From assembly GCA_046758745.1 (NCBI GenBank), contig JBHIAV010000003.1, positions 19,247-83,246 on the forward strand: a DNA stretch of 64,000 nucleotides. Reading direction: 5' to 3'. Below the pieces are notes generated by a model. It worked only from the letters and a program-made list of their open reading frames with translations. It was not told the origin of the DNA and ran no database searches. Shown here piece by piece: positions 1 to 11,048 of this stretch; position 1 is the first letter of the stretch; each line of letters opens with the position of its first letter. Source of the stretch: Gemmatimonadota bacterium (lineage in GTDB: Bacteria; Gemmatimonadota; Gemmatimonadetes; Palauibacterales; Palauibacteraceae). Made by a program: the position numbers and the translations under genes.

Positions 1-1203
1 CTGGATCCGATTGGTGATCGCGAACTCCCCCGGCCCGTCGAACCTGGCCTCCACGATGTAGCGCTGCGCGGGAGCCAGCACGACGTTGTCCACCCACTCC
101 TCCCGCTCGAAGCGGCCGACGTCGGCCCCGACCAGCTTCAACCGCGCTCCGCCGAACACCAGGTTGAACATCCGCGTGTTCGAGACGTTCGTGAGGAAGA
201 AGCGCACCACGTCGCCCTTCCGGACGGCGAGGTCGTACTTCGGGTCCCCGTTCACCAGGAGCACGTTGCCGAAGCGCCCCATCAGGGTGTAGACCGATCC
301 CTCCTTTCCGAACGGGAAGAGCCCCTGCTCGTCGACCAGGAGGTCGTCCAGGATGAGCATCTCCTCCCGATTCGCCGGGTTGAAGTAGTCGGGATCGGGG
401 GAGTCGACCCGGAGATTCCCGTACAGGCCGAGGTCCTGTTGGATGTCCTCCCTCAGGTGCGGGTGGTACCAGTAGATCCCGGCATCCGGGAAGCGCACCC
501 GATACACGAACGAGCCGCCCGGAGGCACGGGATCCTGGGTCACGCCCGGCACGCCGTCGTACCGGTTGTCGAGCCGGACGCCGTGCCAGTGCACCGTGGT
601 GGGCAGGTCGATCCCGTTCCGGAAGTTCACCACGATCTCCGCTCCTTGCGGCACGCGGATGAGGGGGCCCGGATACTGCCCGTTGAAGCCATACATGGTG
701 AAGGACCGCCCCCGGATCGTGCGGCGCACGAGCATCGCCTCGAGCTGTAGGGTGTCCCCGTCCGCGAGCTCTACGACCTCGCGGAAGACGGCTTCGGGAA
801 CCGCCCCGGGGGCGATGCCTGCGCCGGGGAGGAAGGGGGCCACCCCCGGCTTCAGCCGCATCAGCTCGGGAAGCATCGGCATCGAGGTGGTCATCGGCGG
901 CATGCGCCACTTGGCGGAGGAGGAGCCGGCGGTCCCCGAACGCATCCCCGCCATGGCGTGTGCCTTCGCCGGACCCTCGGTTTCGGCAGGAGCGGAGGCC
1001 GCCGGACCCGCCGTTTCGATAGACGCGGGCGCCGCCACAACCTCGGTGCGAGCCGCCACCGCGCGCGCCTCCCCGCCTGCCTGGGCGCCGGCCGCGGCCC
1101 TCGGCGAGACCAGGATGAGCCCAGCCGCCGCAGCGAGGAGGGGCTTTCGGCCGGCTACCCGAACGAGGCCCCGGACGCGAGGCGCGGACGAACGGCTCAG
1201 CAA
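1..1203 (-). CDS. Multicopper oxidase (CueO/SufI-like), C-terminal part runs off the left edge
   Basis: Translated by hand because it is absent from the ORF track. Copper motifs TTVHWHG and YWYHPH; YGFNGQYPGP; Met-rich segment (HAMAGMR...MPPMTTSMPMLPELM); signal-like N-terminus. Probable TTG start overlaps the upstream stop. Confidence 0.92.
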   Translation of the reverse strand, partial: MLSRSSAPRVRGLVRVAGRKPLLAAAAGLILVSPRAAAGAQAGGEARAVAARTEVVAAPASIETAGPAASAPAETEGPAKAHAMAGMRSGTAGSSSAKWRMPPMTTSMPMLPELMRLKPGVAPFLPGAGIAPGAVPEAVFREVVELADGDTLQLEAMLVRRTIRGRSFTMYGFNGQYPGPLIRVPQGAEIVVNFRNGIDLPTTVHWHGVRLDNRYDGVPGVTQDPVPPGGSFVYRVRFPDAGIYWYHPHLREDIQQDLGLYGNLRVDSPDPDYFNPANREEMLILDDLLVDEQGLFPFGKEGSVYTLMGRFGNVLLVNGDPKYDLAVRKGDVVRFFLTNVSNTRMFNLVFGGARLKLVGADVGRFEREEWVDNVVLAPAQRYIVEARFDGPGEFAITNRIQ

Positions 1204-1778
1204 AGGGCGGTATGCAGCTCGAAGATCCCGTGGCCGGCCATCATGTGCATGCGGCCACTCGGGGAGAGGCCCGTCAGGTAGATGGGGCCCTCCCATGTCT
1301 CGGTGTCCGGCGAGGGCTCGGCCGTGACGAAGAGAAGGAACTTGTTCCACAGGATTCGACCGGAAACGGCTCCCTCCCCCACCGGACCGAGCTTCAACGT
1401 CTCGTCCAGCTCCGGGGTCGTTGCCCAGGCGACGTAGGTCACCCCCGGCCTCGGCCGGAGGCCCCGCGCGACCAGCGTCACCTCGTACACGTACCGTCCG
1501 TCTTCGGCCACCGTCACGCCGAAGGGAGACGCCGCGAAGGTGAGCTCCGCGTAGCCCGACGCAGCGCCGGCGCGCGCCGTCGGAACGAGCTCCACCCGGG
1601 TCGGATGGATGGAAGAAGAGATGAGCCGAAGGCACGCGGAGGGACGCTCGGCGCCGGGCGTGCCCCCCGAGAGATCTGCGACGGTCCGGCCACCGGGGGC
1701 ATGGCTCGGCCCGGCGGGAAGCAGGATGCCGATCATCAGGAAGAGAGCGGGCGACGAACCATGCAGTCGCCGCTTCAC
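1197..1778 (-). CDS. Secreted hypothetical beta-rich protein coupled to the multicopper oxidase
   Basis: Signal-like N-terminus (LFLMIGILLPAGPSHA), globular beta-rich body, C-terminal RMHMMAGH. Stop overlaps the oxidase start. GTG start at 1778 is inferred. Confidence 0.7.
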   Translation of the reverse strand: MKRRLHGSSPALFLMIGILLPAGPSHAPGGRTVADLSGGTPGAERPSACLRLISSSIHPTRVELVPTARAGAASGYAELTFAASPFGVTVAEDGRYVYEVTLVARGLRPRPGVTYVAWATTPELDETLKLGPVGEGAVSGRILWNKFLLFVTAEPSPDTETWEGPIYLTGLSPSGRMHMMAGHGIFELHTALC

Positions 1779-2032
1779 GGCCCTGATGCAGTCGGAACGC
1801 TCTGTTCTCGTCTCGTCCCCCTCATGTCTACGAGACATGTACGCCCGGGTACCTCGCCGTGTTTCGGGGCGGGGCGGCTTGATCGTAGCACGGAGACATG
1901 GCCGACCGGAAGTCCGTAGGTTGGATACGCCTCGGCGGCCGCGGGTTTGCTCGCCGCAGGAGCCCACCATTGCCTACCTGTGGGGCGCGCTTCGACCCTC
2001 CCCCACGTGCGTCAGGCCGGAGAGCGCTCCCG

Positions 2033-2419
2033 TCACGATCCCTTCGGCCCGTGGTTCTCCACCAGGTAGTCGATGAGGATCCGCTGCTCCTCCTCGGTGA
2101 TCCAGCTCGCCCCGTATCTCTCGACCATGTCGCGTACGACCCACTCCCAACCCGTCCGGTCGAGTCGCTGCGAGCGCGGGAGCATGAGGCTGTGGCAGGA
2201 AGAGCACCTCGTCTCGAAGAGCTCCGCCGGCGTGAGCGTCGCCGTCACACCCCTCGCCTCGTCGGCAGCGGCAGGAGCGGGAGCATCCGAGGGTGGGCGG
2301 GCGGGCGGTGCGGCGGCAGGGGCCGATCCGCTCTCCGGAGGGACGCTGGCGCACCCCTGCCCGGAGACGCCGACTCCGCCGACCAGCGCCACGAGGATCG
2401 GGAGGGAGGATCGCCTCAC
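2033..2419 (-). CDS. Small exported monoheme cytochrome c (SorB-like)
   Basis: CSSCH haem motif, WEWVVRDM distal Met, signal/lipobox-like GQGC, Pro/Ala linker. GTG start overlaps the sulfite oxidase stop (GTGA). Only the C-terminal part of ORF 2033..3334 is real. Confidence 0.85.
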   Translation of the reverse strand: MRRSSLPILVALVGGVGVSGQGCASVPPESGSAPAAAPPARPPSDAPAPAAADEARGVTATLTPAELFETRCSSCHSLMLPRSQRLDRTGWEWVVRDMVERYGASWITEEEQRILIDYLVENHGPKGS

Positions 2420-3813
2420 GCCTCGACGAGGACGGGTACTCGGTGCACGACGTTCCCCAGATAGCCCTTGGGGTTCCAGGGCTGCCGAAGGGGCTGGCCG
2501 CTTCCGTCCCGGTCGAAGGCGCGGGCCCAGATTTCGTAGTAGCCGCGCCGGCCGAAGCTGACCTCGGTCTCCCATCTCTGCCAGGCGTACCTGTTCGGAG
2601 GATCGGCGAGTGTCACCTCCTCCCACGTGATGCCGTAGTCGGTGGAAACCAGAACGCGCGCCACCTCCCGCTCGCCCGCCCACGCGTGCCCGGCCACCGG
2701 AACCCGCTCGCCGGTCGCGAGTCGGCTGTCGGCAGCCGGATGGGTGATCAGCGACTTGATGATCCACGAGGTGGCTACCACCATCTCCGACTCCGGCGGG
2801 ACGGTGCCGGGAGGCACGGGGTAGGCGGGCACCCGATAGGAGTACCCTGTCATCTTCTTCGAGTCGTGCTGACGGTCCCGCACCCAGATGCGGGTGAGCC
2901 ACTTCTGCGAGCAGCTGCCGATCCATCCGGGAACCACAAGGCGGACCGGATAGCCGTTGAGGGGAGCGAGATCCTCCCCGTTCATGGCGTACGCGATGAG
3001 CGTGTGCTCCTCCATGGCCTTGTCGAGCGGCACCCCTCGGGAGAACGGAGGCTCGGTGCCGAGCTGCGGATCCTCCCCGTAGTGCGCCGTGTACACCGCG
3101 CTCTCCCTCAGGCCGGCGCGATTCAGGACGTCCCGAAGTCGCACGCCCGTCCACTCGCTGCACGCCACCGCGCCTCGCCCCCACGGATTCCCTCGCACCG
3201 GGGGATCGAAGAGAGCGCGCCCGTTGCCGCCACACTCGATGACGAGCCGCAGCGTGACGCCCGGCATGGCCCGGAGATCCGCCAGGCTGAGGCGGAGCTC
3301 GCTGCGCACCTCGCCGTCCACCGTCAGACTCCACCCCTGCGGGTCGCGCCGCTCGGCCCGCTCCGGCACGAGGCCGTTGTTCCGCACGAAGTGGCGCTCC
3401 GTCGGGGTCACCGGATCGTCGAGGAGATGCGGGGGGAACTCTCCGTTCACCGGCCGCGTGTTGTGTACGATCATGCCCGGCTTGCCGGGGATCTCGGCCT
3501 CCTGGCCGGTCTCCTGCGCCCGTCCCACCCGCGCTCCCGCATCGGTCGAACCGTCCACCGTCCTCGGCGCCGCGCCGTCAGCCTCATCGGCCCAGGCGAT
3601 CGGGATCATGCCTCGCCGGAAGAGCCCCTTCATCACGGTGCCTCGGCCGGCGCCGATGCCGGTGAGCAGGGCGGCCGTCCCTCCGGCGAGCCCGAGCAGC
3701 CGTCGGCGCGACACCACCAGGCCGAGGCGCTCGACATCTTGCGGGTCGGCGTCCGCATCTTCCAGCATGCCGCGGAGGTCGTCCCAGCTCGGCTCGTCGT
3801 TCAGATCGTGCAT
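2416..3813 (-). CDS. Sulfite oxidase family molybdoenzyme (SorA/SoxC-like), Tat-exported
   Basis: SRRRLL Tat motif, HFVRNNG, Mo-ligating Cys in IECGGNGR, NGYPVRLVVPGWIG, C-terminal dimerisation domain WNPKGYLGN. Confidence 0.93.
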   Translation of the reverse strand: MHDLNDEPSWDDLRGMLEDADADPQDVERLGLVVSRRRLLGLAGGTAALLTGIGAGRGTVMKGLFRRGMIPIAWADEADGAAPRTVDGSTDAGARVGRAQETGQEAEIPGKPGMIVHNTRPVNGEFPPHLLDDPVTPTERHFVRNNGLVPERAERRDPQGWSLTVDGEVRSELRLSLADLRAMPGVTLRLVIECGGNGRALFDPPVRGNPWGRGAVACSEWTGVRLRDVLNRAGLRESAVYTAHYGEDPQLGTEPPFSRGVPLDKAMEEHTLIAYAMNGEDLAPLNGYPVRLVVPGWIGSCSQKWLTRIWVRDRQHDSKKMTGYSYRVPAYPVPPGTVPPESEMVVATSWIIKSLITHPAADSRLATGERVPVAGHAWAGEREVARVLVSTDYGITWEEVTLADPPNRYAWQRWETEVSFGRRGYYEIWARAFDRDGSGQPLRQPWNPKGYLGNVVHRVPVLVEA

Positions 3814-4100
3814 GCCGGCTCCCTCCCTACCCTATCGTCACGTCGCGTCCCCAACGCCGTCAAAAGCTCGACGGCGTCAGAACCCCGACGCTCTGCCGCC
3901 GCCGACAATAGCCCGACTGCCGATCGGGGGCGAGGCGCGGCAGCGGCGTGAATCCAGGGAAAGGAGAAGGCAAGGTTTTCATTCTCACGCCAAAAGCATC
4001 TCCCCCATGGCCGCTTCGAGCCCGTCGCATCGGGGGGGAGTAAGCGGCCCGGCTCTTGCAACGAACGAGAGTGGAGTTTCTCTTTTGCGGCGCCAGAGAC

Positions 4101-4700
4101 ATGAACCCGTCGGACCTCTTGATCCTCGTGTTCGGACTGGCGGCCCTCGGTGTGGGGGTCCCAAAGGCAGCCTCCTGGGTTCGCCGTCCCCGTCTCCATC
4201 TGTATGTGGAGAGATCGGGCGCGGCCGATCGGCTGCGGATCGGTGCGCAGATCGCGAACCGGTTTCTCGTGCGCGTCGAGAACACGGGTCTCTCGCAGGC
4301 CCGGGCCTGCCGCCCCACCCTGGATACGATCGATTACTGGGACGGAGAGCGTTGGCGGCCGCACCTCGGGTTTCCCTACTCGATCGGGCTCGCATGGGCC
4401 GACCGCAACCTTCCGAACGCGATCGACCTCTACCCGTCTTCGACCGCCGACCTCGTCCTCGGTGTGGCGGTGCAGGGAGAGTCGGCGTTCCGCCTCCTTC
4501 CCCCGGTCACCATCGCGTCGGGAATCCTGCTCGAGTACCCGGCCGGCGTTTACCGGCTCGGGGTCTCCGTGACGACCGGCGCGGGAGAGGTAGCACGCTT
4601 CGCCCGGCACTTCGTGGTGGAGCACGGTGGGGATTGGGAGGGGGTGCGCGTGCGGGCGGAGGGGCCGGAGAGCGCGGCGTATCAGGTCGCGGCGGCCTGA
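4101..4700 (+). CDS. Hypothetical protein, N-terminal TM anchor plus beta-sandwich-like domain
   Basis: Hydrophobic N-terminus followed by an alternating beta-strand pattern; ATG at 4101. Confidence 0.65.
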   Translation: MNPSDLLILVFGLAALGVGVPKAASWVRRPRLHLYVERSGAADRLRIGAQIANRFLVRVENTGLSQARACRPTLDTIDYWDGERWRPHLGFPYSIGLAWADRNLPNAIDLYPSSTADLVLGVAVQGESAFRLLPPVTIASGILLEYPAGVYRLGVSVTTGAGEVARFARHFVVEHGGDWEGVRVRAEGPESAAYQVAAA

Positions 4701-4834
4701 GCTGGCAGGCCCTGGAGCGACGCGCTCCCGGCACCGGCCGGTCCGAGCCAATCCCCTCCCATCCGCCTGAGCTGGCAGGCAGCCCTGGGGCGACGGGCCA
4801 CCGGTACCCCGGGTCCGAGCCAATCGCCCCATCC
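4695..4834. repeat. Degenerate tandem duplication, 2 x about 70 bp
   Basis: gcctgagctggcaggc at 4695 and 4765; gtccgagccaatc at 4741 and 4813. Confidence 0.85.
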
Positions 4835-5047
4835 TCGTGAGCCGAGCCTTGCGCGAATCGGTGCGCGCGTAATGCGCCGCGCCCCCGCGGTGACCCCTCG
4901 ACGCCACGACCACGCTCCGGTATCCTGATCGACACCGACGTCCACGACTGGGGTTGCCGCGGCCCTCTCGCGGCTCCGGCCGCGGGTCCCCGGCACTCGC
5001 GGCCACGTCGAGGCGACTTTCGAACGCGCCGGTTTCGCTCGAGGAGG

Positions 5048-6357
<1,310 letters not shown>

Positions 6358-6361
<4 letters not shown>

Positions 6362-6999
6362 CCGTTGTTCTCCCGCCGCTCCGACTCGGGCCAGATGCGC
6401 TCCGCCTCGAAGAGAGACTGCTGGGCGGGCGTCGGCGCCGGATAACGCACCGTCCCGCCGTGGAGGACCTCGGCGTCGGGGTGCAGCTGGTGCGGCTGCG
6501 TGCGGCCGGGACCGAGGATGTGCACAACGCTGGCGCCCCGCGCGACGAGACCGTCGGAGAGGAGCCAGCGGTGACAGCGCCACGGCAGAGCCTCGGCGCA
6601 CATGACGGCCACGGCGCGTCGTATACTCTCATCCAGCAGCCGCGTCACCGCGGCCGCGAAGGCCGGTGTCGCCATGTGGTCCGCATAGGCCCGGAATCCG
6701 GGGCTCCTGAGCGCGAGGTTCGGCGAATTCGGCCCCGGCAAGCGTCTCCCGCCGAGGTCTTCCTCGTGCCGATACTCGATCCGGGAAGCCGCCAGGTCCC
6801 GCGTCAGCACTGCCCGGCTGAAGTGAGGATGACGGCGAGATCCGGGGAACCTTCGGACGTCCACCAGGACCCTCACGTCATGCCCGCGCAGCAGGCGGAG
6901 GAACATCTCGGTGGAGCGGGTCGAGTGTCCGATGGTGAAGATGGGATGGCCCAAGTCGCTCACGCGCGTTGCTACGCGGGCCGGGTCGGTCCGTTCCAT
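6358..6999 (-). CDS. DUF488 family protein
   Basis: IFTIGHST, VDVRRFPGSR, MCAEALPWRCHR motifs; start trimmed to 6999. Confidence 0.88.
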
Positions 7000-7141
7000 T
7001 GACGCGCCGGGCCGACGGGACGACGGCATCTTCCTCGGCGCGGAGAACTTCCCGTGCCGCGGCCCAGATGGTGAGCTCCGGGGTGGCGGTCTATCTTGTC
7101 CCTCGGGTCGTGGCACGGATCCGTCCGCGTAGGAGCCTACG

Positions 7142-7837
7142 ATGAGGCTGTGGGTCGGGACGAGCGGGTACAGCTACAAGGAGTGGAAGGGAAGCTTCTA
7201 TCCCGAGAAGATCGCGGCGGACGAGATGCTCCGGTACTACGGCGAGCGGCTCCCCGCGGTCGAGATCAACAACACGTTCTACCGCCTGCCGAGCGAGAGC
7301 GTGCTGACCGCGTGGGCGGAGCGGGTGCCGGAGGACTTCCGTTTCTCCATCAAGGCGTCCCGGCGAATCACCCATATCAAGCGTCTGAAGAACGCGAGCG
7401 ACGAGACGACGTACCTCCTCCGCGCCCTGGCCATTCTCGGCCCCCGGCTCGGCGCCGTCCTCTTCCAGCTCCCCCCGAACCTGCGGAAGGACCTCGCCCG
7501 GCTGGAGAGCTTCCTCGACCTCATTCCGGAGGAGACGCCGACGGCCTTCGAGTTCCGGCACCAGTCGTGGTTCGACGACGAGGTGCTCGAATGCCTGCGA
7601 TCTAAGGGCCGAGCGCTGTGCGCGGCCGACACGGACGAAGCCGATCCTCCGGCCGTCATCGGGACCGCCCGGTGGGGGTACCTGCGGCTCAGGCGCGAGG
7701 AGTACTCCGACACCGACCTAGCGCATTGGGCGAATCGGGTCGCGGGCGAGGGGTGGAAGGAGGCCTTCGTCTTCTTCAAGCACGAGGAGGCGGGGGCCGG
7801 GCCGCGTCTCGCAAAGCGGTTTCTCGAGCTTTTATAG
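7142..7837 (+). CDS. DUF72 family protein
   Basis: VGTSGYSY, VEINNTFY, FSIKA, LFQLPP, AFEFRH motifs. Confidence 0.92.
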   Translation: MRLWVGTSGYSYKEWKGSFYPEKIAADEMLRYYGERLPAVEINNTFYRLPSESVLTAWAERVPEDFRFSIKASRRITHIKRLKNASDETTYLLRALAILGPRLGAVLFQLPPNLRKDLARLESFLDLIPEETPTAFEFRHQSWFDDEVLECLRSKGRALCAADTDEADPPAVIGTARWGYLRLRREEYSDTDLAHWANRVAGEGWKEAFVFFKHEEAGAGPRLAKRFLELL

Positions 7838-7887
7838 CCGGCGCCGCTGCTCCGCGAAACACGGCTGCTCGACACACAGACGACCGG

Positions 7888-8196
7888 CTAGTCGGCAAAC
7901 AGCTCAGGACGATGCTTGGCGATCCACTCGTGGAGGCTGTCCAGTTGGGTTTGCGACAGCGAATTCGGGTCCGTCTCTCGAAAGCTCGGAATCACACAGG
8001 CGGCCGCCCGCCACAGCAGGTACTTCCGCGTCATGATCTGTCGCTCGGCGGTCAGCGGTTTCAGGCGTGGAACATCCTGCATCGGCCTGATCAGCGTTCG
8101 GTAACTGAGCACATCTCGCCGGGAGAACCTCTTCGGTATCCGATAGGCCCGACCGCCCAGCTCGAACGCGCCGTCGCGACTGATGGTAATCCCCAT
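7888..8196 (-). CDS. Hypothetical protein (102 aa)
   Basis: Natural-looking composition with an SD-like ggggagc before the ATG; no family recognised. Confidence 0.6.
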   Translation of the reverse strand: MGITISRDGAFELGGRAYRIPKRFSRRDVLSYRTLIRPMQDVPRLKPLTAERQIMTRKYLLWRAAACVIPSFRETDPNSLSQTQLDSLHEWIAKHRPELFAD

Positions 8197-8430
8197 GCTC
8201 CCCCAGACTATCGATACCCTGGTCCGGTATACCCGCCAGAGGCCTCCGGTATCCGCCGCAGTTGCATGAGTCCTCGCATCTGCCTAGCCGACCGCGGCTG
8301 CCCCCCGTTTGCACTACCGGATGTCACCCCAGCACAGCCCGCCGACGTGGCGGCGTGCCCACACCGGGAGGTGCCCGCACGGTTGGCGGCGATCATCCAC
8401 CCGGCGACGGTGACCTGTCGCGCACGGTGA

Positions 8431-10341
8431 TCAACCGTCCTCGAGCAAAGCCTCCATCTCATCCATGATCTCGTTCATGCGCTTCACGAGCGCGCGATAC
8501 GGCTCCGGCTTCGCCATATCGACGCCCGCGTCGAGGAGAAGCCGGTAGGGATAGTCGGAGCCACCGGCGCGCAGGAGGTTCTTGAAGTTCTCCACCGCCG
8601 ACCCCCCCTCGGAACGGATTTTCTCATACATGGCCGTTCCCGCAGCGAGCGACGTGGCGTATTGATACACGTACATGTTGAAATAGAAATGCGGCACGAA
8701 CATCCACTCGTTGGAATAGAGGTCATCGACGACCACGACACCGTCGTCATGCCCGTGATACCGCTTGAGGATCTCCCCATATATCTCCGATATCCGTCTG
8801 CCTGAAAGCGCTTCCCCTCGTTCCACGGCTTCGTAGAGCGCCAGCTCGAACTCCGCGAACATCGTTTGGCGGAAAAAGGTCCCGCGTAGCTGCTCGAGAC
8901 CGGTTCCGAGATAGTAGAGCTTCTCTTCCTTGCTCCGTGCGTTCTCGACCATGTAGTGCTGCAAGATCAGCTCGAGAGTCGTCGAGGGAATCTCGGCGAT
9001 GAAAGTGGCATAGGAGGCCGTCTCGAAGGGCTGCCTCTGCTTCGCGTACAGCGTGTGCATGGCGTGGCCCCACTCGTGGGCGAACGTCGAAACAGACTCA
9101 TAGTCGTCGTTGAAGTTGAGAAGCAGATACGGGTGCACGTCGTACGCGAAGCCGTTCATGTAGGCTCCGGAGCGCTTGCCCTGTTGTGGGAATACGTGCA
9201 TCCACCGCTGGTTGATCGCATCGCGCTGCATCTCCACCCAGTCGTCCCCCAGCACCGACATGGCCTCCAAGGTGATCGTCTTCGCGTCCTCGACCGTGAA
9301 CTCCTTTTCGAGTGAGACGAGGGGGGGATAGATGTCGTAGTAGTGCATCTGATCGATGCCGAGCATCCGTTCCCGCAGCTTGAAGTAGCGGTGAAGCGTG
9401 GGAAGCGCCCTGTTCACCTCCTCTACGAGCGTCCGGTAGACTGCGGGCGGGATATTGTCCTGGAATAGCTCGCGCTCCAGGACGCTCTCATGCTTGCGAG
9501 CTCTGGAGAGGAATACCTGAGCCTGAAGATGCGAGTTGAGCGTCATTCCGACGCTGTTCTGGAACTCGCGCCACTTGCCCCAGAAGGCGTCGAATACCCT
9601 CTTCCGGTCCCCTCGGTTCTCCGCCTGGCGGTGAAGTGAATAGCCTTGAGAGTCGAGCCGTACCTTCTCGCCCGTCGAGAGGGTGATGGTGGGCCACGGA
9701 ATGTCGGAGTTGGCCAGCAAGCCATAGACATTGTACGCGGCGCCGAGGGGCTGCCCGGCTGCTGCCAGCACCCGCTCGGCCTCGTCACCCAGGGTGTGAG
9801 GTGCATTCCGCAGAATGTCATCCAGCCGATAGCGAAAGCGCTCGAGCCGTGGATCCTGGTCCACGAAGCCCATGATCTTGTCACGCCCGACGCGGAGCAC
9901 CTCCGGCTGATACCAGGCGGTGGCCTCGGAGAACCTGTTGAACATGGTCTGCGCGAGCTGGCGGCGTTCCTGGGTTTCCGGCAAGCGAAGGTCCTCATCC
10001 GCGCTCAGAGTGGCGTACACGGAAACACGGCCCGCCTTCTTCAACGTCTCGGAGATCAATGACGAGGCTGCGAGAAGCGCCTCCGGGCTGTCGCCGAGCG
10101 TTCCCTTCTTCGCTTCAATGTCCCGAAGGGCCGCCAGCACCTCCTGACGGGCCTGCTCCCATGACTCCACCGACGGGTAAAGATGGGTGAGATCCCAAGT
10201 GTAGGCGGGATCGGTCCTCGGGCGCTCTCCGGGGCCGGCGGCTTCCTGAGCGAGGGCCTGTAGCGGCAGCGCCGCCGATATGGCAAGGGAAGCGCCCAAC
10301 AGCCCGCGGAAAACGGGCGTCAGACTCCGGGCCAAGAGCAT
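8431..10341 (-). CDS. pepF: Oligoendopeptidase F (M3B) with signal peptide
   Basis: HEWGH zinc motif, GKRSGAY, HPYLLLN, YVYQYAT; N-terminal signal ending ALA-Q. Confidence 0.93.
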   Translation of the reverse strand: MLLARSLTPVFRGLLGASLAISAALPLQALAQEAAGPGERPRTDPAYTWDLTHLYPSVESWEQARQEVLAALRDIEAKKGTLGDSPEALLAASSLISETLKKAGRVSVYATLSADEDLRLPETQERRQLAQTMFNRFSEATAWYQPEVLRVGRDKIMGFVDQDPRLERFRYRLDDILRNAPHTLGDEAERVLAAAGQPLGAAYNVYGLLANSDIPWPTITLSTGEKVRLDSQGYSLHRQAENRGDRKRVFDAFWGKWREFQNSVGMTLNSHLQAQVFLSRARKHESVLERELFQDNIPPAVYRTLVEEVNRALPTLHRYFKLRERMLGIDQMHYYDIYPPLVSLEKEFTVEDAKTITLEAMSVLGDDWVEMQRDAINQRWMHVFPQQGKRSGAYMNGFAYDVHPYLLLNFNDDYESVSTFAHEWGHAMHTLYAKQRQPFETASYATFIAEIPSTTLELILQHYMVENARSKEEKLYYLGTGLEQLRGTFFRQTMFAEFELALYEAVERGEALSGRRISEIYGEILKRYHGHDDGVVVVDDLYSNEWMFVPHFYFNMYVYQYATSLAAGTAMYEKIRSEGGSAVENFKNLLRAGGSDYPYRLLLDAGVDMAKPEPYRALVKRMNEIMDEMEALLEDG

Positions 10342-10414
10342 GATCCCCTCCCGCGGGACATCAGCACGGCACCCCTCACGATTCCCCGCAACCACCGGAT
10401 CGGTTCCACTGCGG

Positions 10415-10960
10415 CTACCCGGCCTCCTCGGCCGCCAGCCGCTCCAGCATCTCCTCGTGCACCGCGCGGGCGGCGTCGCCGAACAGGACGAAGAGCACCC
10501 GCCTCACACGCGTCAGGCGCGGCACCTCATCGAGGATGGTGCGAAAGGCCACCTCGGCCGCTTCCTCCATCGGATAGCCGAAGGCTCCGGTGGAGAGCGC
10601 CGGGAAGGCGATCGAGTCGATCCCGCCCTCGTTCGCGAGGCGGAGGGCGTTCCGGTAGCAGTCGGCGAGCAGCTCGTCGGATGGCTCGTCGATCCCATAC
10701 CGAGGGCCGAGGCAGTGGATCACGTGCCGGTTGGGGAGACGATGGGCACGAGTGATGACGGCCTCGCCCGGCGAGATGGGCGCGAGAGGTCGGCACTCTT
10801 CCTCGAGCCCGGGACCGGCCGCGCGGTGGATCGCGCCTGCCACCCCGCCGCCCGTTCGGAGCTGGGCGTTGGCGGCGTTCACGATGGCCGCCACGTCGGG
10901 TTGGGCGGTGATGTCGCCCTGGCGGATCTCGATCTGGATGCCCGAGACGGTTCGGATCAT
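10415..10960 (-). CDS. Macro domain protein (O-acetyl-ADP-ribose deacetylase-like)
   Basis: GDIT, AIVNAAN, GGGVAGAIH, AFPALSTGAFGYP; start trimmed to ATG 10960. Confidence 0.92.
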   Translation of the reverse strand: MIRTVSGIQIEIRQGDITAQPDVAAIVNAANAQLRTGGGVAGAIHRAAGPGLEEECRPLAPISPGEAVITRAHRLPNRHVIHCLGPRYGIDEPSDELLADCYRNALRLANEGGIDSIAFPALSTGAFGYPMEEAAEVAFRTILDEVPRLTRVRRVLFVLFGDAARAVHEEMLERLAAEEAG

Positions 10961-11048
10961 GGCAGCGCTCGCAGGCTCCACTTCGACGCCGGCCGGTCCG
11001 CTCCAACATTCCCCGAAGCGGCCCTCCCGAAAGCCGGGCCGGTTACCT

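Noticed and set aside
2293-3951. Long shadow ORFs (also 22573..24204-, 38064..39824-, 55923..57953+, and the N-terminal part of 58085..60247+)
   Set aside because: Arg/Pro/Gly-rich antisense or off-frame products expected at about 70% GC, overlapping well-supported genes.
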